In this document: positions 62,825 through 64,000 of the stretch, one piece after another | Numbering within the stretch: position 1 is the first letter of the stretch | Layout of the letters: each line of letters begins with the position of its first letter | Program-made: the position numbers and the translations under genes | Notes under the pieces: generated by a model | The model's database searches: none | What the model saw: the letters and a program-made list of their open reading frames with translations, nothing else | What the model was told of the DNA's origin: nothing | Assembly: GCA_001244265.2 (NCBI GenBank) | Contig: CDLV01000013.1 | Span: 1,054,001-1,118,000, forward strand | Reading direction: 5' to 3' | DNA: 64,000 bases | Origin: Microbotryum violaceum | Lineage: Eukaryota

Positions 62825-64000
62825 ATGAGCTCGTCGACATCCTCTTTGCCCTCATCGTCCTCGGTGCGCCCAGACCCCGTCGTAACCGATCACCAGACCC
62901 TGATCGACCGACTCAAGGCGATCCTGTCACGATCATCACCCGCAAAGCTCTCTTCGGCGGATCTACAACTCGTCTTCACCTCTTTGGCCACCCCAGCGTC
63001 CTCCTCTTCGTCTTCCTCAGCTCGATCGCTCTCTCTCGCCATCCTCGCACGGGCCTACCCATCTACACCGACTTCACAACCCTCCAAGGAAGAGCTCAAG
63101 ACCTTGAGGGAGACTCTCACATCACTGCTCTCAGGGACCGATTCCAATGACCTCGTGGCTGGCCTTTCGGGGCTCTCGGCCCTGTTGCAAGTTTCTCCGA
63201 CTTGGACAACGGTCTCGCTGCTCTCCTCTCCCGAGCCCACGACTTTGGTCCAGCACCTCATCTCTACCGTCGAACACATCTCAATCAATACCTCATCGAA
63301 AGGCAACTCGAAAGGAAAAGAACGAAAATCGAGAGAACAAAGCGCTCTGATCGAATTGCTGTCAATCGCTTCGGGCCAATCCAAATTGAGGAAACTGATC
63401 CGCGATTCGTCAAACGACTGGCTGGATTCGTTGTTGGGCTCTCCCAAGAAGAAGAATGGATCGAGCGAGAAACTGATTAAAGCGATGGCAGCTTTGACGG
63501 TCGTCAAGTTGAGATTGGGCACCGGACCACCGGAGGAAGGAGGGGCTACGACGACGTCTTCGGCCATCAAGGAGGAGCAAGAGGTGCCCAAATGGAGTCT
63601 TGAGGAGCTTTGTAGGGTCTTCAGCGAACTGTTTGTCGAGGAAACCAAGGGCGAAGAGAAGATATCTTTACCGTTGGATCCGACAAAGGAAGCGGTCCTG
63701 CTGGCCTCGCTCGAAGGGCTGGCCTACCTCACCCTCGTACCGACCGCTGCTTTGAAGGACCAACTCGTCTCGAACAACGGGGGTTTCCTTCGCGCCTTTC
63801 TCGATTTGCTCCCGAAGCTGTACCCTAAACCAACGGACAAGACCTCTACTCCCGCTCTTGATTATTCAATTGCTACCTTGCTGTCCCACCTCGTCAAATT
63901 TCCCGAACCGTTGGACTCGACTTCGGATCAAGCCCAATTGAACCGGCTCAAGAATTTCGCGTCGGCTCAGGTAAAGTCACCTATGCAAGCCAGTCAAACG
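62825..64000 (+). CDS. UCS-domain myosin chaperone (She4/CRO1/Rng3/UNC-45-like), 3'-truncated by window
   Basis: Open frame from ATG 62825 to the window edge (absent from the ORF track); ARM-like helices, AALTVVKL, SLEGLAYLT, QLNRLKNFA. Confidence 0.75.
   Translation, partial: MSSSTSSLPSSSSVRPDPVVTDHQTLIDRLKAILSRSSPAKLSSADLQLVFTSLATPASSSSSSSARSLSLAILARAYPSTPTSQPSKEELKTLRETLTSLLSGTDSNDLVAGLSGLSALLQVSPTWTTVSLLSSPEPTTLVQHLISTVEHISINTSSKGNSKGKERKSREQSALIELLSIASGQSKLRKLIRDSSNDWLDSLLGSPKKKNGSSEKLIKAMAALTVVKLRLGTGPPEEGGATTTSSAIKEEQEVPKWSLEELCRVFSELFVEETKGEEKISLPLDPTKEAVLLASLEGLAYLTLVPTAALKDQLVSNNGGFLRAFLDLLPKLYPKPTDKTSTPALDYSIATLLSHLVKFPEPLDSTSDQAQLNRLKNFASAQVKSPMQASQT

Overview
Intron-rich, gene-dense fungal nuclear DNA, roughly 55% GC by eye. 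Short GT-AG introns with CTGAC-type branch points and the protein families point to a basidiomycete, plausibly a Microbotryomycetes yeast (inference). It holds about 20 intact multi-exon genes: COG7, DCAF11/WDR23-like, bHLH TF, ALG14, NudE, MFS sugar porter, arrestin-like, Rsc9-like, pantothenate kinase, LEA-like, YJU2, U1A/U2B''-like, DJ-1/Hsp31, PEX11, CREG-like, GT23-like fucosyltransferase, SPT4, FLX1-like carrier, GH18 chitinase, PHD/AT-hook, RVB1 and a UCS myosin chaperone. Accessory content includes a decayed Cys-rich pseudogene next to TE relics (an 89-bp TA-flanked MITE-like element and a 92-bp dispersed repeat) and two tandem duplications with one damaged copy each. A secreted KR-repeat precursor missed by the ORF track lies head-to-head with the chitinase. 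Splicing oddities include three GC-AG introns, an intron-split start codon and a 660-nt first intron. I saw no rRNA, tRNA or CRISPR. Exon models were built by hand, so boundaries are approximate unless stated.
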